64,000 bases of DNA, from assembly GCA_034431095.1 (NCBI GenBank), contig DAOUDM010000019.1, forward strand, positions 13,653 to 77,652, written 5' to 3'. A program made the translations under genes and the position numbers. A model generated the notes under the pieces. It was given only the letters and a program-made list of their open reading frames with translations, ran no database searches and was not told the DNA's origin. This DNA comes from Dehalococcoidales bacterium (GTDB lineage Bacteria > Chloroflexota > Dehalococcoidia > Dehalococcoidales > W693). Positions within the stretch are counted from its first letter, which is position 1. Each line of letters starts with the position of its first letter. This document shows, piece after piece, positions 10,575 through 20,861 of the stretch.

Positions 10575-11897
10575 TTATTTAAGAAAGCCCTCGTAGCGAC
10601 GCATCGCTAGTTGTGCTTCCATCTGCTTCATAGTATCCAGAACAACACCAACGACGATAAGCATACCGAAGCTGGACATCTGGATTGTCTGGACATCGCT
10701 TACCTCACGTACGACAAAGGGCAGTATCGCCACAGAAGCCAGGAAAAGCGCCCCGGCCGCGGTTATACGGGTAATTACGCCGTTCAGGTAGCTGGATGTC
10801 TGTTTCCCCGGTCTGATGCCGGGGATGAATCCGCCCTGCCGCTGGAGAACACCGGGCAGGTCCTGCTGCTGGAAGATAACCATGGTATAGAAGAAGGCAA
10901 AACCGACTACCAGCAGGAAATAGAAGCCCCAGTAGAATAGGCCTAAAGGGAAATCAGCATTGGGGCTGAATATATTCATAATATGATTGGCCAGGTTGGG
11001 GTCGACAGAGGTGGGATTGGCAAAGTAGCTGGCGATAATACCGGGGAACATTACAAATGCCATACCAAAGATGAGGGGTATCATGCCGGCGGTGTTGACC
11101 CGGAGAGGTATATAGGTTGAACCCGACTGCCTGTACATCCGGCCGCCGCGAAAGGTGCTCTTGGCGTATTGCACCGGGATGCGGCGGTGCGCTTCGGTAA
11201 AGATGACAATAAGCAGAGTCGTTGCCAGGGCGATGAGAATAAGGACAACCAGACCCAATGTTTGCCCCTGCTCGCCGGCTAAAAATCCCTGCCCGACCAT
11301 CTCCGGCAGACTGGCCACGATGCCGGCAAAGATGATAATGGATATGCCGTTGCCTATGCCGTACTGGGTAATCTGTTCCCCCAGCCAGACCAGAAACATA
11401 GTGCCGGCTATTATGGCTAGAACTATAGCCACTGTTGGCAGCGTCTCAGTGCTGGCGATAGCCCCGGCGCGTTGTAATAAAACCAGCTGACCGTAACCAC
11501 CCAGACCGGCCATGGGTACCGTTAGCCAGTGGGTAATCATATTAATCTTATTCCGCCCGGCCTCCCCCTCTTTAGATAAAGCTTGTAGCTTGGGAATGAC
11601 GGGCGTCATTAGATTCATAACTATGCTCGCTGTGATATAGGGGTAGACCCCCATTGCCGCCACGCTGAAATTCCTCAGAGCACCACCGGAGAACAAGTCA
11701 AGCATGGGTAACAGGGCGTTGCTCTCAAACATCGCCCGCATGGCGTCGGCGTCTACTCCGGGAAGAGGCACGTGCGCCACCAGGCGAAATACCACCAGAA
11801 TGCCGAAGGTGATGAGAATGCGTCGCCTCAGGTCGGGCAGACTGAAGGCGTCAATCATCGCCTGGAGCAGTTTTGGCCTAGACTGCTTTGGGCTCAT
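10575..11897 (-). CDS. secY: preprotein translocase subunit SecY
   Basis: Multi-TM SecY pattern. I chose ATG 11897 because GAGGAGG lies 6 nt upstream. The ORF-track TTG at 11912 sits inside that SD. Confidence 0.9.
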   Translation of the reverse strand: MSPKQSRPKLLQAMIDAFSLPDLRRRILITFGILVVFRLVAHVPLPGVDADAMRAMFESNALLPMLDLFSGGALRNFSVAAMGVYPYITASIVMNLMTPVIPKLQALSKEGEAGRNKINMITHWLTVPMAGLGGYGQLVLLQRAGAIASTETLPTVAIVLAIIAGTMFLVWLGEQITQYGIGNGISIIIFAGIVASLPEMVGQGFLAGEQGQTLGLVVLILIALATTLLIVIFTEAHRRIPVQYAKSTFRGGRMYRQSGSTYIPLRVNTAGMIPLIFGMAFVMFPGIIASYFANPTSVDPNLANHIMNIFSPNADFPLGLFYWGFYFLLVVGFAFFYTMVIFQQQDLPGVLQRQGGFIPGIRPGKQTSSYLNGVITRITAAGALFLASVAILPFVVREVSDVQTIQMSSFGMLIVVGVVLDTMKQMEAQLAMRRYEGFLK

Positions 11898-12342
11898 AGC
11901 CGACCTCCTCAACCTTCCCCCCGGCGGCCTCTATCTTGGCCTTTGCCGCCGCTGAAAACCTGTTTGCTTTGACGGTGAGGGGGCGGTCTATGCTCCCCTC
12001 AGCCAGAACCTTGGTTGGCTTTCGCAGTGACTTGACCACTCCGGCGGCGACCAGTGCTTCGGTTGTTACCTCGCTGCCGGCTTCGAATACGTTGAGACTG
12101 CCCAGGTTAACGATGCTGTACTCCGTCTTGAAGATATTGACGAAGCCGCGCTTACGGGGCAGGCGCTTGATTAAGGGCAGTTGCCCTCCCTCGAAGCCAG
12201 GCCTCATCTTGAAGCCGGAACGGGACTTCTGCCCCTTACAGCCCCTGCCGGAGTAGGTGCCGTGGCCACTGCCGTCGCCACGCCCCACCCGTTTCCTGTC
12301 CTTCCGGGAACCCGGGGCTGGCGCCAGTCCATCCTGTCTCAC
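11878..12342 (-). CDS. rplO: 50S ribosomal protein L15
   Basis: 154-aa ORF with a Gly/Arg-rich N-terminus (RVGRG.GSG.G.T.GRG.KGQ). Confidence 0.95.
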   Translation of the reverse strand: MRQDGLAPAPGSRKDRKRVGRGDGSGHGTYSGRGCKGQKSRSGFKMRPGFEGGQLPLIKRLPRKRGFVNIFKTEYSIVNLGSLNVFEAGSEVTTEALVAAGVVKSLRKPTKVLAEGSIDRPLTVKANRFSAAAKAKIEAAGGKVEEVGYEPKAV

Positions 12343-12524
12343 TAGTTTACTGCCTCCACTTTAACCAGATGCCTTACCTTAATAACCATGCCCCGAAGCG
12401 ATGCCGAATCTTCGTGGATGACACTCTGATTCAGCCGCCCGAGACCGAGGGCCTTCAGCGTCTTCTTTTGATCTTCGGCATAGCCAATGCCGCTTTTAAC
12501 CATAGTAATACGGAGCTTAGCCAC
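12342..12524 (-). CDS. rpmD: 50S ribosomal protein L30
   Basis: 60-aa ORF beginning [14 protein letters not shown]. Its position between rpsE and rplO supports the call. Confidence 0.9.
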   Translation of the reverse strand: MAKLRITMVKSGIGYAEDQKKTLKALGLGRLNQSVIHEDSASLRGMVIKVRHLVKVEAVN

Positions 12525-13068
12525 CTGTTACCGCCTCCGCCCCCGACTCCGGCTCTTTTAATTTTCCTTTACGCTTGGCTATCTCTAGCTTCGGGTCCTT
12601 GAACTGGCTCAGGGCGAGCATCGTTGCCTTGGCGGTATTAATCCGATTGGAACTGCCCAGTGATTTGGTCAGGATGTCCTTGATACCGGCGGCTTCGACC
12701 ACAGCCCGGACACTGCCACCGGCGATAATACCGGTGCCCATCGACGCCGGCTTCAGCAGCACCTTGGTCGCCCCGAACTTGATAAGCATTTCATAGGGTA
12801 TGGTGTTGCCGCTCAATTGTACTTTAACCAAATTCTTCCTGGCAACTACCCCCGCCTTGTTAATGGCTTCGGGTACCTCGTTGGACTTGCCCATACCGAT
12901 GCCGACATGACCGTTGCCGTCGCCGGTTACCACCAGGGCGCTGAAGCTGAGCCGCCTGCCCCCCTTGACCACCTTGGAGACGCGGTTGAGATAGATCAGC
13001 TTATCGGTCAAAGCCAGCTCTGTCGGGTCTATCTTGCTCTTTGCTATATTCTTAGCCTTCTTAGACAC
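12517..13068 (-). CDS. rpsE: 30S ribosomal protein S5
   Basis: 183-aa ORF with the S5 pattern (NRV.KVVKGGR..SF.ALVV.GD..G.VG.G.GK). Confidence 0.95.
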   Translation of the reverse strand: MSKKAKNIAKSKIDPTELALTDKLIYLNRVSKVVKGGRRLSFSALVVTGDGNGHVGIGMGKSNEVPEAINKAGVVARKNLVKVQLSGNTIPYEMLIKFGATKVLLKPASMGTGIIAGGSVRAVVEAAGIKDILTKSLGSSNRINTAKATMLALSQFKDPKLEIAKRKGKLKEPESGAEAVTGG

Positions 13069-13083
13069 CTTAGACCATCCCTC

Positions 13084-13449
13084 CTAAAACTTCAGCCCAC
13101 CCTGTCGGGCTGCTTCTGCCAGGGACTTAACCCGGCCGTGATATTTGTAGCCGCCACGGTCGAAGACTACCTGGGTTATACCCATTTCCAGGACGCGCTT
13201 GGCGACCAGAGTGCCGACCAGCCCGGCATGCGCCGATTTATTCTTACCGTTCATCTCTCCCTTTATCTCCAGGGAAACGGTTGAGGCAGAGACCAGGGTA
13301 TGCCCCCTGTCGTCATCGATAACCTGAGCGTAGATATGATTCAGGCTGCGGAAGACAGATAGACGAGGCCTTGATTCTTTACCCTTAACCTTAGCCCTTA
13401 CCCGGGCATGCCGGTTACAGCGCGCCGCTTTTGGTTTATACTTAGCCAT
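13084..13449 (-). CDS. rplR: 50S ribosomal protein L18
   Basis: 121-aa ORF with the L18 pattern (RPRL.VFRS..HIYAQ.IDD). Confidence 0.95.
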   Translation of the reverse strand: MAKYKPKAARCNRHARVRAKVKGKESRPRLSVFRSLNHIYAQVIDDDRGHTLVSASTVSLEIKGEMNGKNKSAHAGLVGTLVAKRVLEMGITQVVFDRGGYKYHGRVKSLAEAARQGGLKF

Positions 13450-14003
13450 TAAACACTGCCCCCTATAGCCCTACCTGCCTTGCCCGCCTTGAGGCGAACC
13501 ACCTCTCCGGCATATCTAATGCCCTTACCCTTGTAGGCATCGGGGGGGCGAACCGCTCGGATTTCAGCCGCCATCTGACCGACCGTCTCTTTATCAATGC
13601 CGCTAATTTTAATCTTATTAGTTCCCTCTACCGCCAGGGTGATGCCGGGCCGGGGTGATATGTTGACCTGGTGCGAAAACCCGATGCGCAGTATCAGCCC
13701 GTCGCCCGACTTTTCCGCCCGGTAGCCGACACCTACTATCTCAAGGGTCTTTTCAAAGCCCTCGGTTACCCCCTCAACCATATTAGCCAGGAGGCTTCGC
13801 GTCAGCCCGTGCAGGGAGCGGTGCTGTCTGTTATCACTCGGCCGCGATACATTAAGGGTACTATCATCCAAGGTGATAGCCATCTCGGGGCTGAAATGGC
13901 GGCGCAACTCCCCCTTGGGGCCGGTGACGGTAACCTCACCACCCTTGATATTGACCGCCACCCCCGGCGGCACTGCTATTGGCATTCGTCCTATCCTAGA
14001 CAT
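13449..14003 (-). CDS. rplF: 50S ribosomal protein L6
   Basis: 184-aa ORF beginning [13 protein letters not shown]. Confidence 0.95.
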   Translation of the reverse strand: MSRIGRMPIAVPPGVAVNIKGGEVTVTGPKGELRRHFSPEMAITLDDSTLNVSRPSDNRQHRSLHGLTRSLLANMVEGVTEGFEKTLEIVGVGYRAEKSGDGLILRIGFSHQVNISPRPGITLAVEGTNKIKISGIDKETVGQMAAEIRAVRPPDAYKGKGIRYAGEVVRLKAGKAGRAIGGSV

Positions 14004-14024
14004 AGATTATACCCCAATGCCCGT

Positions 14025-14423
14025 CTACCAGACATAACATAGTAGTTCACCACCAATTCCCTGATGCCAGGCTTTCTGTCCGGTCATCACTCCCTTGGAG
14101 GTGGAGATGATAGAAATGCCTAGACCGCCGTAGACACGGGGAATCTCCTTACCCTGAACGTATATCCTCAGACCCGGCTTGCTAATCCGCTTCAGTCCGG
14201 AGACAAACGGCTGGTTTTTCTCATCGTATTTCAATACCATCTTAATCTGTCGCCAGGAACGGTCGCTTATAACCTCGTAATCGGTAATAAAGCCCTCCTG
14301 CTTGAGGATTTTGGCGATATACAGCTTCATTCTTGAGGAAGGTATAAGCACTGAGTCATGCCGCGCCATAATGGCGTTGCGTATTCGAGTCAACATATCT
14401 GCTATTGGGTCTGTTATGGCCAT
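14025..14423 (-). CDS. rpsH: 30S ribosomal protein S8
   Basis: 132-aa ORF with an S8 N-terminus ([13 protein letters not shown]). Confidence 0.95.
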   Translation of the reverse strand: MAITDPIADMLTRIRNAIMARHDSVLIPSSRMKLYIAKILKQEGFITDYEVISDRSWRQIKMVLKYDEKNQPFVSGLKRISKPGLRIYVQGKEIPRVYGGLGISIISTSKGVMTGQKAWHQGIGGELLCYVW

Positions 14424-14458
14424 CCCCTATACTCCTTGGTCTATTTAATTAATCCGGA

Positions 14459-14644
14459 TTACCAGCTGGATTTTCTTACGCCCGGAATCTGCCCGGCAAG
14501 AGCCAGCTGCCGGAAACAGATGCGGCACAGGCCAAACAGGCGTATGAAAGCGCGCGGTCGGCCGCACAGGAGACAGCGGTTGTGTTGCTGTACTCTATAC
14601 TTTGCCGAGCGCTCCGATTTTATAATCTTCGACTTCTTAGCCAC
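14459..14644 (-). CDS. rpsN: 30S ribosomal protein S14, type Z (zinc-binding)
   Basis: 61-aa ORF with CLLCGR...CRIC. Confidence 0.95.
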   Translation of the reverse strand: MAKKSKIIKSERSAKYRVQQHNRCLLCGRPRAFIRLFGLCRICFRQLALAGQIPGVRKSSW

Positions 14645-14651
14645 TTCTACC

Positions 14652-15194
14652 TCAATCCTTGCTGAAAGGCATACCTAATAGCTCTAGCAGGTGTCTGCCT
14701 TCCTCGTTTGTTTTGGCTGTTGTAACAATCGCTATCTCAATACCCCGCAGCTTGTCTATATCATCATAGTTTATCTCGGGGAAGACGGACTGCTCCTTAA
14801 GCCCCAGGGTATAGTTGCCATAGCCGTCGAAGGAGTCCGGCGAGACCCCCTGGAACTCCCGAATCCGGGGCAGGACGATGTTCATCAGCTTATCGAGAAA
14901 GTGGTACATCCGCTCTCCGCGGAGGGTTACCTTCAAGCCGATGGGCATCCCGGTTCTCAGTTTGAAGGCGGCGATTGACCTCCGGGCGCGGGTAATCACC
15001 GGGTGCTGTCCGGAAATGGTCACCATGTCACGCTCAGCCGTTTCCAGGGCTTTGGCGTTTTGAATCGCCTCGCCAGCACCGATATTGAGCACCGCCTTTT
15101 CCAGACGGGGCACCTGCATTATATTCTTATAGCCATAGTGCTCCATCAGGCTGGAGACGACCTCATTCTTGTATTTTTCCTTGAGCCCCGGCAT
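14652..15194 (-). CDS. rplE: 50S ribosomal protein L5
   Basis: 180-aa ORF with the L5 pattern. Confidence 0.95.
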   Translation of the reverse strand: MPGLKEKYKNEVVSSLMEHYGYKNIMQVPRLEKAVLNIGAGEAIQNAKALETAERDMVTISGQHPVITRARRSIAAFKLRTGMPIGLKVTLRGERMYHFLDKLMNIVLPRIREFQGVSPDSFDGYGNYTLGLKEQSVFPEINYDDIDKLRGIEIAIVTTAKTNEEGRHLLELLGMPFSKD

Positions 15195-15512
15195 TTAATC
15201 AATCACCTCTTTACAGGATTTGCAGTAGCGGACCCTCTTGCCGTCCTCGAGAAAGCGAAAACCGATCCGCACCGGGTGGTGGCACTTGTCGCACAGGAAC
15301 ATCACGTCCGATATGTGAATCGGCGACTCGTGGTCTATGATGCCAGCCTGCCTGACCTGGCCGGTTGCTCGGACATGTTTCTTGATAAAGTTGATGCCTT
15401 CAATAATCAGCTTTTCATCTTTAGGATAGGCGAAACGAACCTTACCCTTCTTGCCCCTGTCCTTACCGGCAATCACCAATACAGTATCGTTCTTTCTGAT
15501 ATTCATTGTCAT
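15195..15512 (-). CDS. rplX: 50S ribosomal protein L24 (with CxxC...CxxC C-terminal part)
   Basis: 105-aa ORF with a KOW motif (GD.V.VIAGKD.GK.G.V). The C-terminal half carries CDKC...CKSC. Confidence 0.9.
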   Translation of the reverse strand: MTMNIRKNDTVLVIAGKDRGKKGKVRFAYPKDEKLIIEGINFIKKHVRATGQVRQAGIIDHESPIHISDVMFLCDKCHHPVRIGFRFLEDGKRVRYCKSCKEVID

Positions 15513-15542
15513 TAAAGCCGCCTTAAAAAGATTAACCGGCTC

Positions 15543-15788
15543 TTACTTTTTCCCCCTCAATCGGTTGTACTTCTCCTCGCCGAGGCATTCCCTGGCGGCA
15601 TGGCACCAGTCAATGCAGGAAGGAATAGCCTCCCTGAAGACCACAACGCCGCATTGGGTGCACTTAGCCTTCAGTTCGTCACTCCATATCTCCACTTCCT
15701 CCCCGCACTCGGGACATTTTTTCAGGGTGGGGACGGGAGTTCTGATATTTCCGCTTCCCGGGCATTTATCCAGCACTTCGTTTACCAC
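15543..15788 (-). CDS. cysteine-rich zinc-ribbon protein of unknown function embedded in the spc operon
   Basis: 81-aa ORF with a GTG start 1 nt after the rplN stop (TAA-G-GTG) and an end 30 nt before rplX. It has 8 Cys: CPECG...CTQCG plus CIDWCHAAREC. I recognise no family. Confidence 0.6.
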   Translation of the reverse strand: MVNEVLDKCPGSGNIRTPVPTLKKCPECGEEVEIWSDELKAKCTQCGVVVFREAIPSCIDWCHAARECLGEEKYNRLRGKK

Positions 15789-15789
15789 C

Positions 15790-16158
15790 TTATAAGACCT
15801 CTGGCGCCAGCGAGATAATCTTGGTGTAGTTCTTCTCTCTCAGCTCGCGGGCTACCGGTCCGAAGATTCTGGTTCCCTTCGGGTTGTTCTTGTCGGTAAG
15901 TATCACGGCGGCATTTTCATCAAATTTGATGTAGGAGCCATCAGGGCGCCGGTAGGGGCGGGCACAGCGCACGATAACCGCTCGCACTACCTCCCCCTTC
16001 TTGACTGTCGCCTCCGGAATCGACTTTTTCACCGAAGCCACGATGACATCGCCAATCCGGGCATATCTTCGCCTGGTGCCACCAAGTACATTGATGCACA
16101 TAATCTGTCTGGCACCGGTATTATCTGCTACTTTAAGTCTGGTATGGGTCTGAATCAT
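15790..16158 (-). CDS. rplN: 50S ribosomal protein L14
   Basis: 122-aa ORF beginning MIQ..T.L.VADNTGA. Confidence 0.95.
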   Translation of the reverse strand: MIQTHTRLKVADNTGARQIMCINVLGGTRRRYARIGDVIVASVKKSIPEATVKKGEVVRAVIVRCARPYRRPDGSYIKFDENAAVILTDKNNPKGTRIFGPVARELREKNYTKIISLAPEVL

Positions 16159-16172
16159 ACGGGTCTATCCTT

Positions 16173-16454
16173 TTAGGTTATTTCCTGAGGTTTTACCTCT
16201 GCCATTTCTTCTCTGATTATTATCTCAGCCACTCGCCATCGCTTCTGACGGGAGAGCGGCCTGGTCTCGACAATCCTTACCTTGTCACCCGGCTTACACT
16301 GGTTATCTTCGTCGTGAGCTTTGTACTTGACCACCCTCTTGAAGGTCTTCCGATAAAGTGGGTGACGCTTCAAGGTTTCCACGGCGACAACCGCGGTCTT
16401 GTCCATCTTGGTGCTGACCACGTTGCCAATCCTGGTTTTGCGTTTCGTCTCCAT
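16173..16454 (-). CDS. rpsQ: 30S ribosomal protein S17
   Basis: 93-aa ORF with the S17 pattern (G.VVS.KM.KT.VV.VE....HP.Y.K). Confidence 0.95.
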   Translation of the reverse strand: METKRKTRIGNVVSTKMDKTAVVAVETLKRHPLYRKTFKRVVKYKAHDEDNQCKPGDKVRIVETRPLSRQKRWRVAEIIIREEMAEVKPQEIT

Positions 16455-16465
16455 AACTCTAAAAC

Positions 16466-16663
16466 CTACCTTATTCCCAGCTCCCTTTCCCTTATTATCG
16501 TCTTGAGCAGGGCAATCTTTCTCTTAGCTCTCGGAAGCTCACGGTGGTTTTTCAACTGCTTGGTAGCGGTACTGAGCCGGAGGTCGAAATACTCCTTGTG
16601 CGCCGCCTCCAGTTGCTTCTTCAGCTCATCGTCTCCGAGAGCCCGGACTTCCTTAACTTTCAA
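16466..16663 (-). CDS. rpmC: 50S ribosomal protein L29
   Basis: 65-aa ORF in the expected position with the L29 helical pattern. Confidence 0.9.
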   Translation of the reverse strand: MKVKEVRALGDDELKKQLEAAHKEYFDLRLSTATKQLKNHRELPRAKRKIALLKTIIRERELGIR

Positions 16664-17114
16664 CCTGCGTTAGCTCCTTCTTTGCTGAATCACTGCCGGC
16701 TTCACTGCCCTCTCTGACTACGAACCTGGTGCCGATAGGCAGTTTGTGTGACGCCAGACGCATCGCTTCCTTGGCCAGGTCGTGGTCGACGCCGCCCAGC
16801 TCAAAAAGAATCCGCCCCCGCTTGACCACGGCTACCCAGTGGTCGGGAGCCCCCTTGCCGCTGCCCATTCGGGTCTCGGCAGCTTTCTTGGTCACCGGCT
16901 TGTCGGGGAAGATGCGTATCCATACCTTGCCGCCGCGGCGAACGTGGTGAACGATAGCCCGCCGTGCCGCCTCAATCTGTCGGCTGGTAATCCAGGCTGA
17001 ATCCAGTGCCTGCAGTCCGAACTCACCAAAGACAACAGTAGCCCCCACCTGGGCTTTACCCCGGCGGTGCCCTTTATGACTCTTGCGATACTTAACCCGT
17101 TTCGGTTGTAACAT
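16653..17114 (-). CDS. rplP: 50S ribosomal protein L16
   Basis: 153-aa ORF beginning [11 protein letters not shown]. Confidence 0.95.
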   Translation of the reverse strand: MLQPKRVKYRKSHKGHRRGKAQVGATVVFGEFGLQALDSAWITSRQIEAARRAIVHHVRRGGKVWIRIFPDKPVTKKAAETRMGSGKGAPDHWVAVVKRGRILFELGGVDHDLAKEAMRLASHKLPIGTRFVVREGSEAGSDSAKKELTQVES

Positions 17115-18327
17115 CCGTCTCCTCGGTCTCTATGTCTGCTGCCGGCTTTGCTTTTGTTGTCTTCGTTGCCTTCTTGGCCTTAGTATCCTTTTCCTTTGGC
17201 TCTTTAGTGGCTTTAGTCTTCGCCTTTGTCTCCTTAACCGCCGCCGGCTTCGCCTTCGCCTTTCGCTTGGCCGGTGGTTTTTCAGCCTTCTCTGGCTTTG
17301 CGGCAGGCTCCTCCGCTTTTGCCCCAGCCTCTTCAGCCACCGCCGGTTTCGCCTTAGTGGCTCTCTTTGCTTTTGGTTTAGCCGGCTCGGCTTCCACCTC
17401 GGCAACCGCCGGTTTCGCCTTAGTGGCTCTCTTTGCTTTTGGTTTAGCCGGCTTGGCTTCCGCTTCGGCAACTGCCGGCTCCGCCTTTTTCTTTGCCCTC
17501 GGTTTTACCGGCTTGGCCTCTGGCTCGGCTTCCTCTTTTACTTCTTTTACTTCGGCTTTTATCTTCTCTTCTGCCGTTATTGCCTCTTCAGCTACCGGTG
17601 GCGCCGGTATTTCTTTTGGCTCGACTGCCGCCGGTTCCGCCTCAGTAGCTATGACGGCTTCTGGTTCGGCTGTTATCTCCTCGGCTATTACCTCCTTAAG
17701 CTCCGGCAGAATATCTCCCCGGTATATCCACACCTTGACCCCGATGCGGCCCAGGGTGGTACATGCCTCGGTGAAGCCATAGTCGATATCAGCCCGCAGC
17801 GTGTGTAGCGGTACCCGCCCCCGGTGCATCGTCTGGCGGCGGGCTATCTCGACACCACCCAGCCTGCCGGAACAGCTTATCTTCATTCCCTGGGCCCCAG
17901 CCTGCATGGTGCGGAAAAGCGCCTGTTTCATAGCTCTGCGATAGGCAAGACGACGCTCAATCTGCTCGGCTACCATCCGGGCTACCAGAAAAGCGTCCAG
18001 CTCGGGCTGTCGAATCTCCTGTATATTAAGCTGAACCCTCTTTTTGATAAGGCTCTCAAGGTAGTTCTTGACTTCGTCAACTCGCTGTCCGCCCCGCCCG
18101 ATAACGATGCCGGGCCGGGCGGTGTAGATAGATACCGATACCTTATGTGCCTGACGCTCAATCTCGACCAGAGAGACACCGGCATCGACATATTTATCGC
18201 TGATGGCGTTCCTTATCTTTATGTCCTCGTGGAGGAACTCCGAGTAGTGCTTGTCGGCATACCACTTTGCCTGCCAGTCGCGTATGATGCCAATCCTGAA
18301 CCCAAACGGGTGAACCTTACGTCCCAT
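17092..18327 (-). CDS. rpsC: 30S ribosomal protein S3 with a roughly 190-aa Lys/Ala/Pro/Glu-rich C-terminal extension
   Basis: The N-terminal ~215 aa is canonical S3 (MGRKVHP.GFR). The frame then stays open through a low-complexity tail that runs to, and overlaps by 23 nt, the rplP start. Confidence 0.85.
   Translation of the reverse strand: MGRKVHPFGFRIGIIRDWQAKWYADKHYSEFLHEDIKIRNAISDKYVDAGVSLVEIERQAHKVSVSIYTARPGIVIGRGGQRVDEVKNYLESLIKKRVQLNIQEIRQPELDAFLVARMVAEQIERRLAYRRAMKQALFRTMQAGAQGMKISCSGRLGGVEIARRQTMHRGRVPLHTLRADIDYGFTEACTTLGRIGVKVWIYRGDILPELKEVIAEEITAEPEAVIATEAEPAAVEPKEIPAPPVAEEAITAEEKIKAEVKEVKEEAEPEAKPVKPRAKKKAEPAVAEAEAKPAKPKAKRATKAKPAVAEVEAEPAKPKAKRATKAKPAVAEEAGAKAEEPAAKPEKAEKPPAKRKAKAKPAAVKETKAKTKATKEPKEKDTKAKKATKTTKAKPAADIETEETDVTTETG
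17339..17470. repeat. 66-bp tandem duplication (2 copies, 63/66 identical) inside the S3 tail
   Basis: 17339-17404 and 17405-17470 align with 3 mismatches. Each copy encodes the 22-aa unit [23 protein letters not shown] degenerate third copy follows. Confidence 0.9.
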
Positions 18328-18668
18328 TAGACCTCCTGCGCCTCGGCAACGATGACTGTAATATGGCTGGAGCGCTTAAGGATACGATGCGCCCGCCCCC
18401 GGGACACGGCACGGAATCTCTTCATCGGTCTTGCCTCATCGGCGTAGATATTAACCACCTTCAAATCTGCGGGCTCCATCTGGAAATTGTTCTCGGCGTT
18501 AGCCGCCGCCGATTTCACCACCTTGGCTACCACACGGGCTAGCGGCGATGGAGTAAAGCGGAGTATTGTCAGGGCTTCTTCGACCTTCTTGCCCCGCACC
18601 ATATCCACCAGCAGACGTATCTTCCGCGGTGATACGCCGGTATCCTTGGCTACTGCTCTAACTTCCAT
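18327..18668 (-). CDS. rplV: 50S ribosomal protein L22
   Basis: 113-aa ORF with the L22 pattern (SPRK.R...D..RG). Confidence 0.95.
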   Translation of the reverse strand: MEVRAVAKDTGVSPRKIRLLVDMVRGKKVEEALTILRFTPSPLARVVAKVVKSAAANAENNFQMEPADLKVVNIYADEARPMKRFRAVSRGRAHRILKRSSHITVIVAEAQEV

Positions 18669-18699
18669 TATAACCCTTCTTGAAACAGACCTCTAATAC

Positions 18700-18990
18700 C
18701 TATCTCTTCTTGACCTGGGCAGTCTTTTCTCCCCTGGAGGTGTGCCCCCTGAAGGTTCTGGTGGGAGCGAACTCGCCCAGCTTGTGCCCGACCATGTTCT
18801 CGGTGATGAAAATGGGCACATGCCGGCGGCCATCGTGCACGCCGATATTGAGTCCCACCATCTGGGGCAGGATGGTAGACGCTCGCGCCCAGGTCTTGAT
18901 GACCACCTTTTGCTGAGAGCGGTTGGCCGCATCAACCTTCTTCAACAGCTTGGCACTAACGGCTGGTCCCTTTTTAACTGACCTTGACAT
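18700..18990 (-). CDS. rpsS: 30S ribosomal protein S19
   Basis: 96-aa ORF beginning MSRSVKKGP. Confidence 0.95.
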   Translation of the reverse strand: MSRSVKKGPAVSAKLLKKVDAANRSQQKVVIKTWARASTILPQMVGLNIGVHDGRRHVPIFITENMVGHKLGEFAPTRTFRGHTSRGEKTAQVKKR

Positions 18991-18995
18991 TTTAC

Positions 18996-19826
18996 CTACT
19001 TACCTCGACGTTTGACAATCATTTTATCCGAAGCCTTTGGCTTCTTCCGGGTTTTATAACCCAGTGCCGGCTTACCCCAGGGCGTTTTGGGCCCCGGCAT
19101 GCCTATCGGCGACCGGCCTTCACCACCGCCGTGGGGGTGGTCGCGCGGGGTCATTGCCGAACCCCTTACCGTGGGCCGCCAGCCCATCCATCGCTTACGG
19201 CCGGCCTTGCCCAGCTTGATATTCTGGTGGTCGACATTGCCCACCTGCCCGATGGTAGCCGTGCAATCACTGCGAAAACGCCTCATCTCACCGGATGGCA
19301 GTCGCACCAGGGCATAATCGCCCTCCTTAGCCATTAGCTGGGCGGCAGCTCCGGCACTGCGTACCAATTGACCGCCTTTACCACTCACCATCTCGATGTT
19401 ATGAATCATGGTTCCGCCCGGCATCGATTTCAAGGGCAGGGTATTGCCCGGTTTTAGTTCGGCACCCTCACCTGATTTTATAGTATCGTCGACGCCCAGC
19501 CCCAGAGGAGCCAGGATATAGCGCTTGTCGCCATCGGCGTAGAAGATAAGAGCCAGATACGCCGAGCGGTTGGGGTCGTATTCAATGGCGGCAACCCTGC
19601 CGGGGACACCGATTTTATCCCGCCTGAAGTCGATGATGCGCAGCCGCCGCTTGGCGCCGCTACCACGGTGACGAACGGTTATTCTGCCCTTATTGTTCCG
19701 CCCGGCGTTGCTTTTACGGGGCAGGAGCAGTGACTTTTCCGGCTTCTTCTTGGTTATCTCCTCAAAGGTAGAGCCGGTCATACCCCGCCTGCCGGGGGAA
19801 GTGGGGCGATATGTCTTCAGCGCCAT
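18996..19826 (-). CDS. rplB: 50S ribosomal protein L2
   Basis: 276-aa ORF with the L2 pattern ([15 protein letters not shown]). Confidence 0.95.
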   Translation of the reverse strand: MALKTYRPTSPGRRGMTGSTFEEITKKKPEKSLLLPRKSNAGRNNKGRITVRHRGSGAKRRLRIIDFRRDKIGVPGRVAAIEYDPNRSAYLALIFYADGDKRYILAPLGLGVDDTIKSGEGAELKPGNTLPLKSMPGGTMIHNIEMVSGKGGQLVRSAGAAAQLMAKEGDYALVRLPSGEMRRFRSDCTATIGQVGNVDHQNIKLGKAGRKRWMGWRPTVRGSAMTPRDHPHGGGEGRSPIGMPGPKTPWGKPALGYKTRKKPKASDKMIVKRRGK

Positions 19827-19892
19827 TGCTATTTGGTCTCCTTATTTATTGCCACTATCATTTTCATAAACCCTAAAACTATTATAATTTAT

Positions 19893-19918
19893 ACAACCTC
19901 TTCCCATTAAGCCCCATC
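19893..19918. repeat. degenerate half-copy of repeat module M3 in the rplW-rplB spacer
   Basis: ACAACCTCTTCCCATTAAGCCCCATC resembles the M3 5' flank ACAACCTCTCCCCCTTAATCCCCCTC. No purine arm follows, so no hairpin can form. Confidence 0.5.
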
Positions 19919-19930
19919 TTTATTAAGATA

Positions 19931-20215
19931 CTAAACTCCCTCGAATAGCTCTATTTTATCTCCCGGTTTAAGGGTGACTATCGCCTTTTTCCAGGATGGG
20001 TTTTGTACCTCACGTCCCCTCATTCGTTTCTTCTTTCCCGGGACTGTCATAACATTGACTGCGGTCACGTTTACCTTAAACACCGTCTCGACCGCCTGCT
20101 TTACCTGCAGTTTGTTAGCCTTGCCGGCTACTTCAAAGACGTATTTACCCTGAGCCTGGAGAGATGTATTCTTCTCCGTTATCAACGGGCGGCGCAGGAC
20201 TTCATAGAGATGCAT
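19931..20215 (-). CDS. rplW: 50S ribosomal protein L23
   Basis: 94-aa ORF with the L23 pattern in the expected operon position. Confidence 0.95.
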   Translation of the reverse strand: MHLYEVLRRPLITEKNTSLQAQGKYVFEVAGKANKLQVKQAVETVFKVNVTAVNVMTVPGKKKRMRGREVQNPSWKKAIVTLKPGDKIELFEGV

Positions 20216-20858
20216 TGCTTGCCTCCTGGGGTAATCCCTCTCCCCATAGCTGTTCTACCTGGCGTACCGCCGCCTCGGTCATCAACAGATTCTTGTGCGA
20301 GGTAATATCGACTACATTGAGCAGTCGGGCGGGGATTGTCTTGACCCGGGGCAGATTGCGGGCTGATTTCACCAGGTTCGCCTCCGGGTTGCTTGTGGCA
20401 ATCAGTGCGGAGCCTTCTATCACCAGCGCTGATAGAACCTTTGCCATCTCTTTGGTCCTGGGTTCGTCGAACTTTAAATCATCCAGCACCATCAGCTCCT
20501 TGTCGCCAGCCTTGGCTGAAAGGACGCACCTGAGAGCCAGCCGTCGCATCCCCTTGGGCATTGCCTGGCGGTAACTCCTCGGTTTGGGCCCGAAGGCGAC
20601 GCCGCCACCACGGCGCAGTGGCGACCTTATGCTGCCAGCCCGGGCACGCCCGGTGCCTTTCTGGCGGTACATCTTCTGCTTACTGCCGGCGACTTCGCTG
20701 CGGGTCTTGGTGCTGGCAGTTCCCTGGCGTGCGTTCGCCAGCTGTCTTACCAGCGCCTGGTAGACTACCGCCTCATTGGCTGGCACGGCGAAGACGCTAT
20801 CGGCAATGTCGATATGTTTCACCACTTCACCGCTCATACTATAAACTGGAACCTGCAT
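20202..20858 (-). CDS. rplD: 50S ribosomal protein L4
   Basis: 218-aa ORF with the L4 pattern ([21 protein letters not shown]). Confidence 0.95.
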   Translation of the reverse strand: MQVPVYSMSGEVVKHIDIADSVFAVPANEAVVYQALVRQLANARQGTASTKTRSEVAGSKQKMYRQKGTGRARAGSIRSPLRRGGGVAFGPKPRSYRQAMPKGMRRLALRCVLSAKAGDKELMVLDDLKFDEPRTKEMAKVLSALVIEGSALIATSNPEANLVKSARNLPRVKTIPARLLNVVDITSHKNLLMTEAAVRQVEQLWGEGLPQEASNASL

Positions 20859-20861
20859 CTG

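Noticed and set aside
17083-17808. Several long ORFs on both strands (17083-17808 +, 17132-17782 +, 17130-17471 -) over the S3 tail
   Set aside because: All frames are open because of the low-complexity repeat composition. Only the S3 frame is contiguous with a conserved domain and ends at the rplP start.
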